This document shows, in pieces, positions 30,791 to 40,019 of a stretch of DNA of 64,000 nt. The stretch comes from an uncultured Ignavibacteria bacterium (GTDB lineage Bacteria > Zixibacteria > MSB-5A5 > SM1-73), in assembly GCA_964348415.1 (NCBI GenBank), contig CAYGCR010000002.1:25069-89068 (forward strand). Direction: 5' to 3'. Made by a program: the position numbers and the translations under genes. Each line of letters starts with the position of its first letter. The first letter of the stretch is position 1. Below the pieces are notes generated by a model that saw only the letters and a program-made list of their open reading frames with translations, had not been told where the DNA came from and ran no database searches.

Positions 30791-30826
30791 GCCAGCGCCC
30801 AGTTCGGTCTGGGTGCTGGCTTTTTA
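30791..30826 (+). terminator. Rho-independent terminator: 12-bp stem (one G-U), 6-nt loop, T-run.
   Basis: GCCAGCGCCCAG-TTCGGT-CTGGGTGCTGGC-TTTTTA, located 50 nt after the stop at 30740. Confidence 0.7.
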
Positions 30827-31233
30827 ATCTACGTGGCCGCTTCATCGGTTGGCAATGCGTTCCAATCGATCCCTTGGCTTACAACTACCACTTGCCAGCC
30901 TTTGACAATCTCAAAATGGAAATGGGAAGGCTAAAGCGCTTTTCCGTCTCTGGCGGTCAGAGACCTGCAAGCACCTGCCTTGGACACTCCGTCTGAATCC
31001 GAGGTCCTCCCATCGTGTTGTTCGGGCCGGGGCCTCGAAGAAATTGAAAAACGCACAGGAAATCCAGACCGGAACAAGGACGGGGCACTCTGCTTAGAGG
31101 AAAAAATGGAACGGATCTTTTGTCGCTAAGGTTAAGAAGTATGGGTTTGCTCCCGATTACTACTTTATGGATGAGAGTGTATAGATGCAGCGAGAGGTTT
31201 GCGACCAACTGATTTGATCCTCGGGTCCGTTTT

Positions 31234-32442
31234 ATGACCACCAAGTTTCAGGCCAAAGAGGCGGGGCTTACCGGCAATCTGCAGACGGTTCCCGTTTCCG
31301 ATCTGCTGCAGCTGATCAGCGCGGCTGCGAAAACGGGCATGCTTTCCATTTCGCAGGAAAGCAAGAAAAGACAGATATACTTCGTGAAGGGAAATATCAC
31401 CTGTGCCACTGCCTCGGGAACCGAAGATGAGCTTTTGGGGAACCTATTGTTGGCTCAGAAGAGGATTCCGAAAGCCGAGTTAGAACGGGCTCTAAGCCTT
31501 CAGAAGCTCACTCACAAAAGATTGGGCAGCCTGCTCCAAGAGATGGGCTTGATAAACAGAGAAGAATTGACAAAGTTTTTACGCTTCCAAGTGGAGGAGA
31601 TAGTCTACAATCTGTTTGGCTGGAGTTCCGGCGCGTTTACCTTTTACGAAGGTGAGTCGCCGCCTGCAGAACTGGTCACCACCCAGCTCAACACTATGAA
31701 CGTCATCATGGAGGGCACCAGAAGAATCGATGAGTGGATCCAAATCCAGCAGGCTCTTCCCTCGGACGATGTGAAGGTTCAAACCATCAAGAATCCTAAG
31801 ATAAAGTCAAATACCTTGACCATGAGCGTAGCGGAACTGCAGGTGCTGCCCCTGATAGACGGAGAGAAGAACGTTTCCGAGCTTATACAGACCAGCCCTG
31901 TGAGCGAATTCCACACGCGCAAAGCACTGTATAACTTGATCAGTTCAGGGTTGGTTGAGGCCGGCGAGAAAAAGAAGACGACCAAACACAAGATCAGTGA
32001 TGATAAGCTTCTTTTGTACGTGATAATCAAACTATACTCTCAGTCATATCAAACGCTGGAAAGAATGGCCTCCCGAAAATTAGGGCAGGGAGCGAAGAGG
32101 ATTTTAAAGAGATGTTTTGACGCTCAAAAATCCCTGCACCCTTTCCTAACTAAACTGGAAAGCTCTAAAGACTTCTTGGATTTCAGTCACCTGGAAAGCT
32201 CGGCGGGTAAGGTGACACAACCTATCCGATTTCACAAGCTGATGAACGCACTGAACGGTCTGCTTCTGGAATTTCTGAGGGCAGTATCCACAAGTTTGGG
32301 GAGAAACATAAGCAGACAGATCATATCCCAGATCAAGAAGGAAGCGGCCCAGGTCGTGGCCGAGCAAAGAGGAATCTCAAAAGAGTATGAGTTGGAGGAG
32401 GAGATTCTGAAGACTCTGAAAGAGAGTCAGCTGACTGCTTAG
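31234..32442 (+). CDS. PATAN/DUF4388-domain protein. This domain family has been noted in association with MglA-like GTPase loci.
   Basis: The N-terminal ~110 aa match the DUF4388/PATAN pattern: LTGNLQTVPVSDLLQLISAAAKTGMLSISQE...IYFVKGNI...ASGTEDELLGNLL. It is co-directional with and upstream of the mglBA cluster. Confidence 0.6.
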   Translation: MTTKFQAKEAGLTGNLQTVPVSDLLQLISAAAKTGMLSISQESKKRQIYFVKGNITCATASGTEDELLGNLLLAQKRIPKAELERALSLQKLTHKRLGSLLQEMGLINREELTKFLRFQVEEIVYNLFGWSSGAFTFYEGESPPAELVTTQLNTMNVIMEGTRRIDEWIQIQQALPSDDVKVQTIKNPKIKSNTLTMSVAELQVLPLIDGEKNVSELIQTSPVSEFHTRKALYNLISSGLVEAGEKKKTTKHKISDDKLLLYVIIKLYSQSYQTLERMASRKLGQGAKRILKRCFDAQKSLHPFLTKLESSKDFLDFSHLESSAGKVTQPIRFHKLMNALNGLLLEFLRAVSTSLGRNISRQIISQIKKEAAQVVAEQRGISKEYELEEEILKTLKESQLTA

Positions 32443-32471
32443 CAAAACTACACAAGTTCTCGAGGGTAAAG

Positions 32472-32873
32472 ATGGTTAAAAGACTCAGCTTTGTCGTTAT
32501 CTTGGGACTCATATTTTTTGCCGCAGGAGTCTGTTGCGCTCAGGAAGAGACTGAGGCTTTGCGGGCAACAGTTAGTGGTTCAGGCTCTTCATCGCCTGTT
32601 CCGGCGCTTCTGGACGTCTTACTTCTGGCGGGGGCGTTCGCCTGTTTTGTGATTTCCGTGAGGGTTAAGTCATTCTTGAGGGATGGGGAGCTGGCTTCGG
32701 GATGGACTCTTTTTTCGCTTTCTTTTGTGCTTCTCTTCGTGTCTCAGGTTCTGAGTTTATCCTTAAGTGCTGGGTTTCTGCAGGTCTCTCCCAGCATAAT
32801 CTCATCCCTGCGTGTTTTGTTCATCCTTCTTCTGGCTTCCGGTATCCATTTCATGAAGAAGGTTCTGAGTTGA
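32472..32873 (+). CDS. Small membrane protein (signal peptide plus 3 TM helices).
   Basis: Hydropathy pattern only. No family was recognised. Confidence 0.45.
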   Translation: MVKRLSFVVILGLIFFAAGVCCAQEETEALRATVSGSGSSSPVPALLDVLLLAGAFACFVISVRVKSFLRDGELASGWTLFSLSFVLLFVSQVLSLSLSAGFLQVSPSIISSLRVLFILLLASGIHFMKKVLS

Positions 32874-33111
32874 TAGGACACGGTTAAGCTCGTCGGCTTT
32901 ATGAACTTTCGTATACCCTCCAAATCCAGAAGGTGAGAGCACTTAGCCCCATTTTTTAATCCACTAAAGTTAAGTAAACGAATATGCTTGTCGATAAGTT
33001 TAGTAGTCGGATCTAGAGGGCTTTTCACGCTTCTTTCAGACGCCCCATTCTGGCAGATTCCTCTGCCGGGGATGGATTGTTGTTGTGTGACTGCCGGCCG
33101 GGGCGGTGTAA

Positions 33112-33960
33112 TTGAAGCCGAGAGGAATTATGCAACCCGGTTCGCAAGTGGACGAGAGAATCTCTAAGTGTGAAGAGATTCTGTCTCGTAATCCTAAGTC
33201 TGTGATTTTCGCGGCTCTGTCGGATGCCTACCGCAAGAAGGGAGATTTGGCCAGGGCGTTCCATATTTGCGGCCAAGGATTGAAATCTCATCCCGACTAT
33301 GGCCCGGGGCATCTGGTGATGGCGAAAATCAACATGGAAAGAGGGATGTACTCGGAGGCAGAAAGGGAACTGGCCCTGGCGGTCCGGGCAGATGGGAAGA
33401 CGAGAGCCACGGAGCTTCTTTTAGCTCAGATTTTAACAAAGAGGGGTCAAATAAAAGGGGCCAAGAAGATCTTGGAAAAGCTCAGAACCAGTGATCCAGC
33501 AAATGAGCTGATCGGTGAGCTGCTGGAGAGCATAAGGCAAAAAGAGAAATCAGACAAGCCCAGCCGTGCCATGGCAGCGGTGGATGAACGATGGCATATC
33601 GAGAAGGTCGCGGACCTTGAAGATGGCGTACACTGTTTGAAATCCTTGCCCGGGGTAATAGGAGCTCTGGTGATAGGAGAGGACGGATCAGTAATGGAGA
33701 GCAAGGTCAAACCTGAACTAGATCCAGAGGTGCTGGCCGCAATCGCCAACAGCATCACCGGATGTGTCAAGAACGGGATATCCGACGTGGGGTTTGGGGA
33801 ATATGCCGACATCTTGGTGGAAACTGGAAATCTCCAGCTGTGGATTACAGGTTTGAAGGAGACGTCTCTACTGTTATGTTGTGACCCCGAAACCAATATG
33901 GGGGCCTTGAGAATAAAAGTGACTGAACTTGTGGGACATATCTGGGGAAATGATGCATAA
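33112..33960 (+). CDS. TPR-repeat / Roadblock-LC7 (MglB-like) fusion protein.
   Basis: The N-terminal ~140 aa are TPR-like, with AYRKKGDLARAFHICGQGLKSHPDYGPGHLVMAKINMERGMYSEAERELALA. The C-terminal ~100 aa carry a Roadblock-like pattern: IGALVIGEDGSVMES...AAIANSITG...ADILVETGNLQLWITGL. Confidence 0.65.
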   Translation: MKPRGIMQPGSQVDERISKCEEILSRNPKSVIFAALSDAYRKKGDLARAFHICGQGLKSHPDYGPGHLVMAKINMERGMYSEAERELALAVRADGKTRATELLLAQILTKRGQIKGAKKILEKLRTSDPANELIGELLESIRQKEKSDKPSRAMAAVDERWHIEKVADLEDGVHCLKSLPGVIGALVIGEDGSVMESKVKPELDPEVLAAIANSITGCVKNGISDVGFGEYADILVETGNLQLWITGLKETSLLLCCDPETNMGALRIKVTELVGHIWGNDA

Positions 33961-33974
33961 AAAAGGGGAGTAAA

Positions 33975-34916
33975 GTGGCTAAGGATTACAGTAAGGAGCT
34001 GAGGGGAATCCTTCTGGTCTCACTTTTCATCGTGGTGGTACCGTTGGTATTCTTTCCTAAGGATTTCGGGTTAAAATTAGGATCTTCACTCGTTCTGCCC
34101 TTCGCCCTGGAGCTGGGGTGGTATCTGCTGGTTCTATTCATTATGTTTTCGGAAACAACAGCTGCGAGGGTATTGCTGTTTGCTTTGTTGACACTGGCTT
34201 ACCGTATCGGCCTGGGGATTGGATTTGGCATCCTTCTTCTGGTTATGTTCTCCCTGCCTTTATCCTCCGCCTTAGGCTTAGGTATCTACCGGTATGCGCC
34301 AGCTTTTTTGCTTCAGGCCTTGATGTCGCCATTCGCGCTCAAGTCGCTTTTTCAAGTTCTCACCCAAAGAGTAAAGAGAACACAGGAAATTCAAGTACCG
34401 GAAACGTCGGATGCAAAGTTTGCCCAGAAGACCGCCCGGCCGGCTCTGTCCGATGCTCCGCCTGAATTGGATAAAGAGTCGGATGGGGCGAAAACAGTTT
34501 CTTCCGAAAAGGAGAGCAGGGTGATAGGAGAAAACAAATTGGAACACATCTTACACTATCTAAGAGAATATGCCGGAGTCAAAGCCGCCGTTCTGCTCGA
34601 TCATGAGGGTCTGGTGATAGCTGAGGATTCTCGCGATTTTGATCCGGAAACTGTCGCCTGTTTCGGTCGATGCTTGAAGGAAATGAACGACCAAATGCTT
34701 CACAGGATAGGGCAAAAGACTGCGGAACGGATTGGAATTCATACAACAGATATGTGGATATGCTTAAACCAGGTAGGAAACTTGACGTTGCTGGTACTGT
34801 CGGATCGCCGCACGGACGAACTTCTTTCAGTTCGAATATCGCAGTCCACCGGAATGATAAGAAAACTTCTCAGCGAGAGATACCAGCCAGGAGTGTTAAA
34901 AGCCGTGGAGGTATGA
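33975..34916 (+). CDS. Polytopic membrane-anchored Roadblock/LC7-domain protein.
   Basis: Four predicted TM helices in the N-terminal 125 aa, a linker, then a Roadblock-like segment: VKAAVLLDHEGLVIAEDSRDFDPETVACFGRCLKEMND...NLTLLVLSD. Confidence 0.65.
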   Translation: MAKDYSKELRGILLVSLFIVVVPLVFFPKDFGLKLGSSLVLPFALELGWYLLVLFIMFSETTAARVLLFALLTLAYRIGLGIGFGILLLVMFSLPLSSALGLGIYRYAPAFLLQALMSPFALKSLFQVLTQRVKRTQEIQVPETSDAKFAQKTARPALSDAPPELDKESDGAKTVSSEKESRVIGENKLEHILHYLREYAGVKAAVLLDHEGLVIAEDSRDFDPETVACFGRCLKEMNDQMLHRIGQKTAERIGIHTTDMWICLNQVGNLTLLVLSDRRTDELLSVRISQSTGMIRKLLSERYQPGVLKAVEV

Positions 34917-34917
34917 C

Positions 34918-35268
34918 ATGTACAAGATATTGGAGGAATTGAACAAGACTACCGGGATCAACGGAAGCATGGTAGTGGGTCAGGACGGAATCGTGATTGC
35001 CGCGGATTTGAATTCCCAACTTCAGGACGAGGCGGTTGGTGCCTTGGCCGCTTCCATCGTTGGCACGGTTAAGAAATCAATGGAACGCCTTTCTAATGAA
35101 GACCTGAAGCAGATAACCGTGGAGGCCGATAAGGGTAAGTTTTTCTTTGCTGATGTGGGCATAGGCATCTTGGCGGTCACCACGGATCCCCAGGTGAACG
35201 TAGGATTGGTTCGTCTCGAGATCAAGAACGCGGCAGAAAAGATAAAACAGATACCCAAGTCCGTCTGA
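34918..35268 (+). CDS. mglB: MglB-type Roadblock/LC7 protein, the cognate GAP-family partner of MglA.
   Basis: 116-aa Roadblock-fold pattern: INGSMVVGQDGIVIAADL...ASIVGTVKKS...FADVGIGILAVTTD. Its ATG overlaps the upstream stop, and it lies immediately upstream of mglA as in the myxobacterial mglBA arrangement. Confidence 0.8.
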   Translation: MYKILEELNKTTGINGSMVVGQDGIVIAADLNSQLQDEAVGALAASIVGTVKKSMERLSNEDLKQITVEADKGKFFFADVGIGILAVTTDPQVNVGLVRLEIKNAAEKIKQIPKSV

Positions 35269-35300
35269 AGCTCACCCAAGCCGCCAAAGGGAGATAGAAG

Positions 35301-36275
35301 ATGGCATCCATAAACTATGCGTCCAAGGAGATCTCCTGCAAGATAGTCTTCTACGGTCCCGGCCTCTCCGGAAAGACAACCAATCTCCAATATGTTCACA
35401 AAAAGATTCCGCCTCAGACCAGGGGCGAACTGATCTCTCTGGCCACCGATCAGGATAGGACACTCTATTTTGATTTTCTTCCGGTGGACATCGGGAAGGT
35501 ACACGGGTTTTCCACCAAGTTTCAACTTTACACCGTGCCCGGTCAGGTGTACTACAACGCTACCCGGAAACTGGTGCTAAGGGGAGTGGACGGTCTGGTA
35601 TTTGTGGCGGACTCTCAGAAAAGCAAAATGGATGAGAACATAGAGAGCTTTCAGAACCTGGTGGAGAATCTATCAGAGTACGGATATAAAATAGACAGAA
35701 TTCCTGTAGTATTTCAGTATAACAAAAGGGACCTTCCCAACATCAGTCCTGTGGTGGAATTGGAGAAGACGTTGAACCCCAAAGGCTTGCCCCATTTCGA
35801 AGCCATCGCTACCAGGGGAATAGGCGTGTTCGATAGTCTGAAATGCATTAGTAAATTGGTCCTGGATCAAGCCAAGCGCAAGCAACTTTTCCCTGAAAGG
35901 GAGATGGCTGGGCAAGAAGCCGAAAAAGTGTCGGCCGATGGTGAGCTCTCGCAGACGCCGGAAAAAGAGCCGATTGCAGCAAAGGTGACCTCCACACCTA
36001 CGGCAACTGAAGTTTCAGGCCAACGGCCAGTTGCCACCTTAGCTAAGAAGGAAGTGGAGCCCTCCCCGAAGCAGATAATTCCAGAGCCACTAAAAGCTCA
36101 GCAGGAAAGAGTCCCGGAGGTCGGGCCGGACGCGGGCGAGTTCGCCGAAGAGGACGAGAAGATGGAAAGGACCTTGGCCAAAGACAGCTCCACCATAATA
36201 AGCTGGTCTGCCGGCAAGACGGCCAAGCCGGGAGGATTCTTTTTGTGGCGTTGGTTGAGCAAACTTTTCAAATAG
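35301..36275 (+). CDS. mglA: MglA-family Ras-like small GTPase with a ~130-aa C-terminal low-complexity extension.
   Basis: The N-terminal ~190 aa align closely to Myxococcus MglA: P-loop GPGLSGKT, intrinsic Arg in DRTLYFDF, catalytic Gln in TVPGQ, and NKRD G4. The C-terminal extension, rich in E/P/A/K/T, ends in GGFFLWRWLSKLFK. Confidence 0.85.
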   Translation: MASINYASKEISCKIVFYGPGLSGKTTNLQYVHKKIPPQTRGELISLATDQDRTLYFDFLPVDIGKVHGFSTKFQLYTVPGQVYYNATRKLVLRGVDGLVFVADSQKSKMDENIESFQNLVENLSEYGYKIDRIPVVFQYNKRDLPNISPVVELEKTLNPKGLPHFEAIATRGIGVFDSLKCISKLVLDQAKRKQLFPEREMAGQEAEKVSADGELSQTPEKEPIAAKVTSTPTATEVSGQRPVATLAKKEVEPSPKQIIPEPLKAQQERVPEVGPDAGEFAEEDEKMERTLAKDSSTIISWSAGKTAKPGGFFLWRWLSKLFK

Positions 36276-36288
36276 ACAGAGTGGAGGT

Positions 36289-36825
36289 GTGAAATTGAGA
36301 CAGGAGGACCTTGTAATCTACGAGGAGCAAATCGAGAAGATAGAAAAAGCTCTGATGAAGTTGATCAAGGGCGCACAAGCCAAGTGTGTTCTCCTGGTGG
36401 ATAAAGATGGGCATCTGATCACTCGACACGGTTTCACTCAGTCTTTGGATACCACTGCCTTGGCGGCGCTTCTGGCGGGAAGTTTCGCTTCCACCCGAGA
36501 GATCGCCCGTCTTGTTGGAGAGCCGGAATTTTCAGTTCTTTTCCACCAAGGCAAAAAGGATCATATCCACATAACCCTGGTGGGCGAAAGGACCATTCTG
36601 GCGGTCATCTTTGATGATCGGACAACCATCGGTATGGTTCGGCTGTATGCCAAGGAGGCCTCGGAGAATCTGAAGAGAATCCTGTACCTCACCCAGCATC
36701 AGAAGCCCCGAGGCGAACCGGAAAAAGAAGCAGATGCAGATTCAGAGTTCTCCACCTCTTTGGAAAGCAGGCTGGATGATATCTTCTCCGATAAGCCCGA
36801 GAAAGAGGATATCCCAACGGGATGA
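36289..36825 (+). CDS. Roadblock/LC7-domain protein with an acidic C-terminal tail. It is a second stand-alone MglB/MglC-like paralogue.
   Basis: Roadblock-like segment: AKCVLLVDKDGHLITRHG...AALLAGSFASTREIA...ILAVIFDD. The tail is EPEKEADADSEFSTSLESRLDDIFSDKPEKED. Start is GTG or TTG. Confidence 0.65.
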   Translation: MKLRQEDLVIYEEQIEKIEKALMKLIKGAQAKCVLLVDKDGHLITRHGFTQSLDTTALAALLAGSFASTREIARLVGEPEFSVLFHQGKKDHIHITLVGERTILAVIFDDRTTIGMVRLYAKEASENLKRILYLTQHQKPRGEPEKEADADSEFSTSLESRLDDIFSDKPEKEDIPTG

Positions 36826-36954
36826 GCGTGCTCAAAGTCCGGGAGACATGTGGTCGGGCTGTGCTGAAAGTGGCCAATCTCTCCAAGAAATTCTGAGGGC
36901 TGGAACGTCATTGGATGTGAGACCCTAAGTGAGCCTTTGATTATCAGCTAAGTT

Positions 36955-38646
36955 ATGTCACGTGAACTGGGACAAATGCTAGTTAAGGCGGGCAAGATAT
37001 CCGAGGAACAGCTTGCCCAGGCCTTAGAGTCACAGAAACAGAGCAAAGAGAAATTAGGCGATGCTCTCATAAGAACGGGTGCGCTCTCCGGTGAGGAGGA
37101 GCTCTCAGAGTTTATCGGGAGACAGCTAAATATCGGCGCTTTGAGGCTTTCCGACATTGAGCTCAACCCTGAGGTGGTCAAGATGATTCCCCCGGACATC
37201 GCCCGAAAGTTTAATGTCATCGCCATCAGCAAGCTGGGCAAGACATTGATAGTGGCCATTTCCGACCCCAACAACATCTATGTTCTGGACGCCATAAAGT
37301 TCATCTCCGGGCACTCGGTCCAGCCGGTCATAAGTCCAGAGAAAGCCATTCAGAAGGCCATTGATGCCTACTATCAAGACACCGGAGGATTGGACCAGAT
37401 TCTTAAGGGACTGAAAGAAGAGGATCTGCAGGTCATCGAGGAGAACGAAGACATTCCTACCGAACAGGATCTAAGGTCCCAGGTGCAGGACAAGCCTTTA
37501 GTCAAGTTGGTGGACTCTATCATCGCGGACGCTATTCGAAGAGGATGTTCGGACATCCATATCGAAAGTTATGAGAAGCGAATAAGAGTCAGATACAGAT
37601 TGGATGGTCGTTTGCAGGAAATGTCTCCCTTGCCCTTTAAATATCGTGCGGCCCTGGTTTCCCGGGTAAAGATAATGGCTGACTTAGACATCTCCGAAAG
37701 AAGACTACCCCAGGACGGCAGGATTAAGGTGAAGTTCGGCGAGAGGGCGGTGGATCTAAGGGTATCCGTGTTGCCCACCATATTCGGTGAGAAGGTGGTA
37801 ATGCGCATTCTGGATCCCAGAAGCGTTAACGTGAATCTGACCAGACTGGGATTCTCGGAAAACTCACTCAGGCAGTTCCAAAAAGCCATTCACTTTCCCT
37901 ACGGCATGATACTTGTGACCGGACCCACCGGGAGTGGTAAAACTACCACTCTCTATTCAGCTTTGAAGCAGATTAACCACACGGACATCAATATAACGAC
38001 CGCCGAGGACCCGGTGGAATTCAATTTTGACGGCATAAATCAGGTGGCGGTGAAAAGTGAGATAGGGTTAAGCTTTGCCGCGTCCTTACGATCGTTTTTG
38101 AGACAGGACCCGGACGTGATCATGGTGGGAGAGATCAGAGATGGCGAGACTGCAGAGATCGCGGTGAGAGCCGCACTAACCGGACATCTGGTGTTCTCCA
38201 CGCTGCACACCAACGATGCTCCCAGTACCATCGATCGGCTGATCGATATGGGCATTCCCAATTATCTGGTGGCCTCCTGCGTCAGGTTGGTCATGGCTCA
38301 AAGAATGGTGCGCAAGATCTGTCCCAGCTGCAAGCGCGTGGCTCAAGTTCCCAAAGCCACTTTTGAGATGTTAGGATTCGGCGATGAGCAGATAAAAGAT
38401 CTGAAGGTTTATGAAGGCAAGGGTTGCTCCGAATGCAATGATACCGGCTATTCCGGGAGAACCGGGATTTTTGAGGTGATGCCGATAAGTCCTGAGATCG
38501 AGAAGATGATCGTTTCCAACGCCTCCAGCGCAGAGATAAGAGAACAGGCCATATCCGAGGGCATGCTGACTTTGAGAATTGCCGCACTGGAAAAGCTGAA
38601 GCAGGGCACCACCACTGTGGGAGAGGTCTTAGCGGTGACTTCCTAG
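36955..38646 (+). CDS. pilB: Type IV pilus assembly (extension) ATPase PilB, of the GspE family.
   Basis: N-terminal T2SSE_N domain, Walker A VTGPTGSGKTTTL, the tetracysteine CxxC...CxxC motif (CPSCKR...CSEC), 563 aa. Confidence 0.85.
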   Translation: MSRELGQMLVKAGKISEEQLAQALESQKQSKEKLGDALIRTGALSGEEELSEFIGRQLNIGALRLSDIELNPEVVKMIPPDIARKFNVIAISKLGKTLIVAISDPNNIYVLDAIKFISGHSVQPVISPEKAIQKAIDAYYQDTGGLDQILKGLKEEDLQVIEENEDIPTEQDLRSQVQDKPLVKLVDSIIADAIRRGCSDIHIESYEKRIRVRYRLDGRLQEMSPLPFKYRAALVSRVKIMADLDISERRLPQDGRIKVKFGERAVDLRVSVLPTIFGEKVVMRILDPRSVNVNLTRLGFSENSLRQFQKAIHFPYGMILVTGPTGSGKTTTLYSALKQINHTDINITTAEDPVEFNFDGINQVAVKSEIGLSFAASLRSFLRQDPDVIMVGEIRDGETAEIAVRAALTGHLVFSTLHTNDAPSTIDRLIDMGIPNYLVASCVRLVMAQRMVRKICPSCKRVAQVPKATFEMLGFGDEQIKDLKVYEGKGCSECNDTGYSGRTGIFEVMPISPEIEKMIVSNASSAEIREQAISEGMLTLRIAALEKLKQGTTTVGEVLAVTS

Positions 38647-38773
38647 GCAGTCAGTAGGAATAGGCGAAGCCAAGGGGAACAGGAGGTCAGGTTTAAGAAT
38701 CGGTATGCCGGGTCGATAATATATATGAAAGTGGCCCTCCTTTGGCTTTGAAAAGGAAAAGTGGGGATAAAAG

Positions 38774-39868
38774 ATGGTTACTTTACGAGAACTTCTGGAA
38801 CTGATGGCAAAAAAGAACGCTTCAGATCTTCATCTTACCGTGGGCTCGCCACCCCAGCTCAGAATAGACGGAAAGCTGGTCAAGACTGATTACGACATCT
38901 TGACGGCAGATGAAACCAAGAAGTTGGCCTACAGCGTGATGACTGAAAAGCAACGGCAGACATTCGAGGAAAAAAGCGAGCTGGATCTTTCCTTCGGAAT
39001 TGAAAACTTGAGCAGATTCAGATGCAACATCTTCATGCAGAGGGGCAATGTGGCGGCAGCTTTAAGACAGATTCCTTTTCGCATTCCGAGTTTTGAGGAG
39101 TTGGGCATACCCAAGGTAGTCTCGGAGTTGGCCGACCTGCCCAGGGGTTTAGTCTTGGTGACCGGGCCGACTGGAAGCGGAAAATCTACCACCTTGGCCG
39201 CCTTGATCAACAAGATAAATCTGGAAAGGTATTGCCACATTCTCACGGTGGAGGATCCCATTGAATACCTTCATCGACACAATTGTTCCCTGATTAACCA
39301 GAGGGAGGTTTATGCCGACACCGCCTCTTTTGGCAAGGCTTTGAAATACGCCTTGAGAGAGGATCCCGACGTGGTGCTGGTGGGAGAGATGAGAGATTTG
39401 GAGACCATGGAGGCGACCCTGAACATCTCCGAAACCGGACATCTGGCATTCGCCACCCTGCACACCAACTCCTGCGCTGAATCGATAAACAGAATCATCG
39501 ACGTTTTTCCCACCAATCAGCAGGAGCAGGTCCGGGTGACCGTCTCTTTTGTTTTGCAGGCGGTGATAAGCCAGCAGCTGATTCCCAGGATAGGAGGAGG
39601 AAGGGTGTTGGCTCTGGAGATTATGATCTGCACACCGGCCATCAGAGCTTTGATCAGGGATGACAAGATTCATCAGATCTACAGTCTTATGCAGGCAGGG
39701 CAGAAGTTTGGCATGAGGACCATGAATCAAGGTTTAGCTGAGCTCTACATCAAGCATAAGATAACCTTGGGGGACGCTCTGGGAAGAAGCTCAAACATCC
39801 AGGAGCTAAATGAGATTTTGGCCAGAAAATCTGATGCCAGCCGGCAGCGGTCGGCCATTGGCGCTTAG
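38774..39868 (+). CDS. pilT: Twitching-motility retraction ATPase PilT.
   Basis: Walker A VTGPTGSGKSTTLAAL, the His box ATLHTNS and the PilT-type N-terminus ELLELMAKKNASDLHLTVGSPP. Confidence 0.85.
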   Translation: MVTLRELLELMAKKNASDLHLTVGSPPQLRIDGKLVKTDYDILTADETKKLAYSVMTEKQRQTFEEKSELDLSFGIENLSRFRCNIFMQRGNVAAALRQIPFRIPSFEELGIPKVVSELADLPRGLVLVTGPTGSGKSTTLAALINKINLERYCHILTVEDPIEYLHRHNCSLINQREVYADTASFGKALKYALREDPDVVLVGEMRDLETMEATLNISETGHLAFATLHTNSCAESINRIIDVFPTNQQEQVRVTVSFVLQAVISQQLIPRIGGGRVLALEIMICTPAIRALIRDDKIHQIYSLMQAGQKFGMRTMNQGLAELYIKHKITLGDALGRSSNIQELNEILARKSDASRQRSAIGA

Positions 39869-40019
39869 CTGGAAGAGGCGAGGCTATACTATACAGAGAC
39901 ATGACTTGCAGTGGAGGGTAGCTAAAGGAGCGCCGATGTATGGTTGAAGGCACCGGATCGGGCTCTGGTTAAGGTATTCAGGCTTTGGCGGTAACGTTTT
40001 CTGAGGGAAGGAGGACAAA

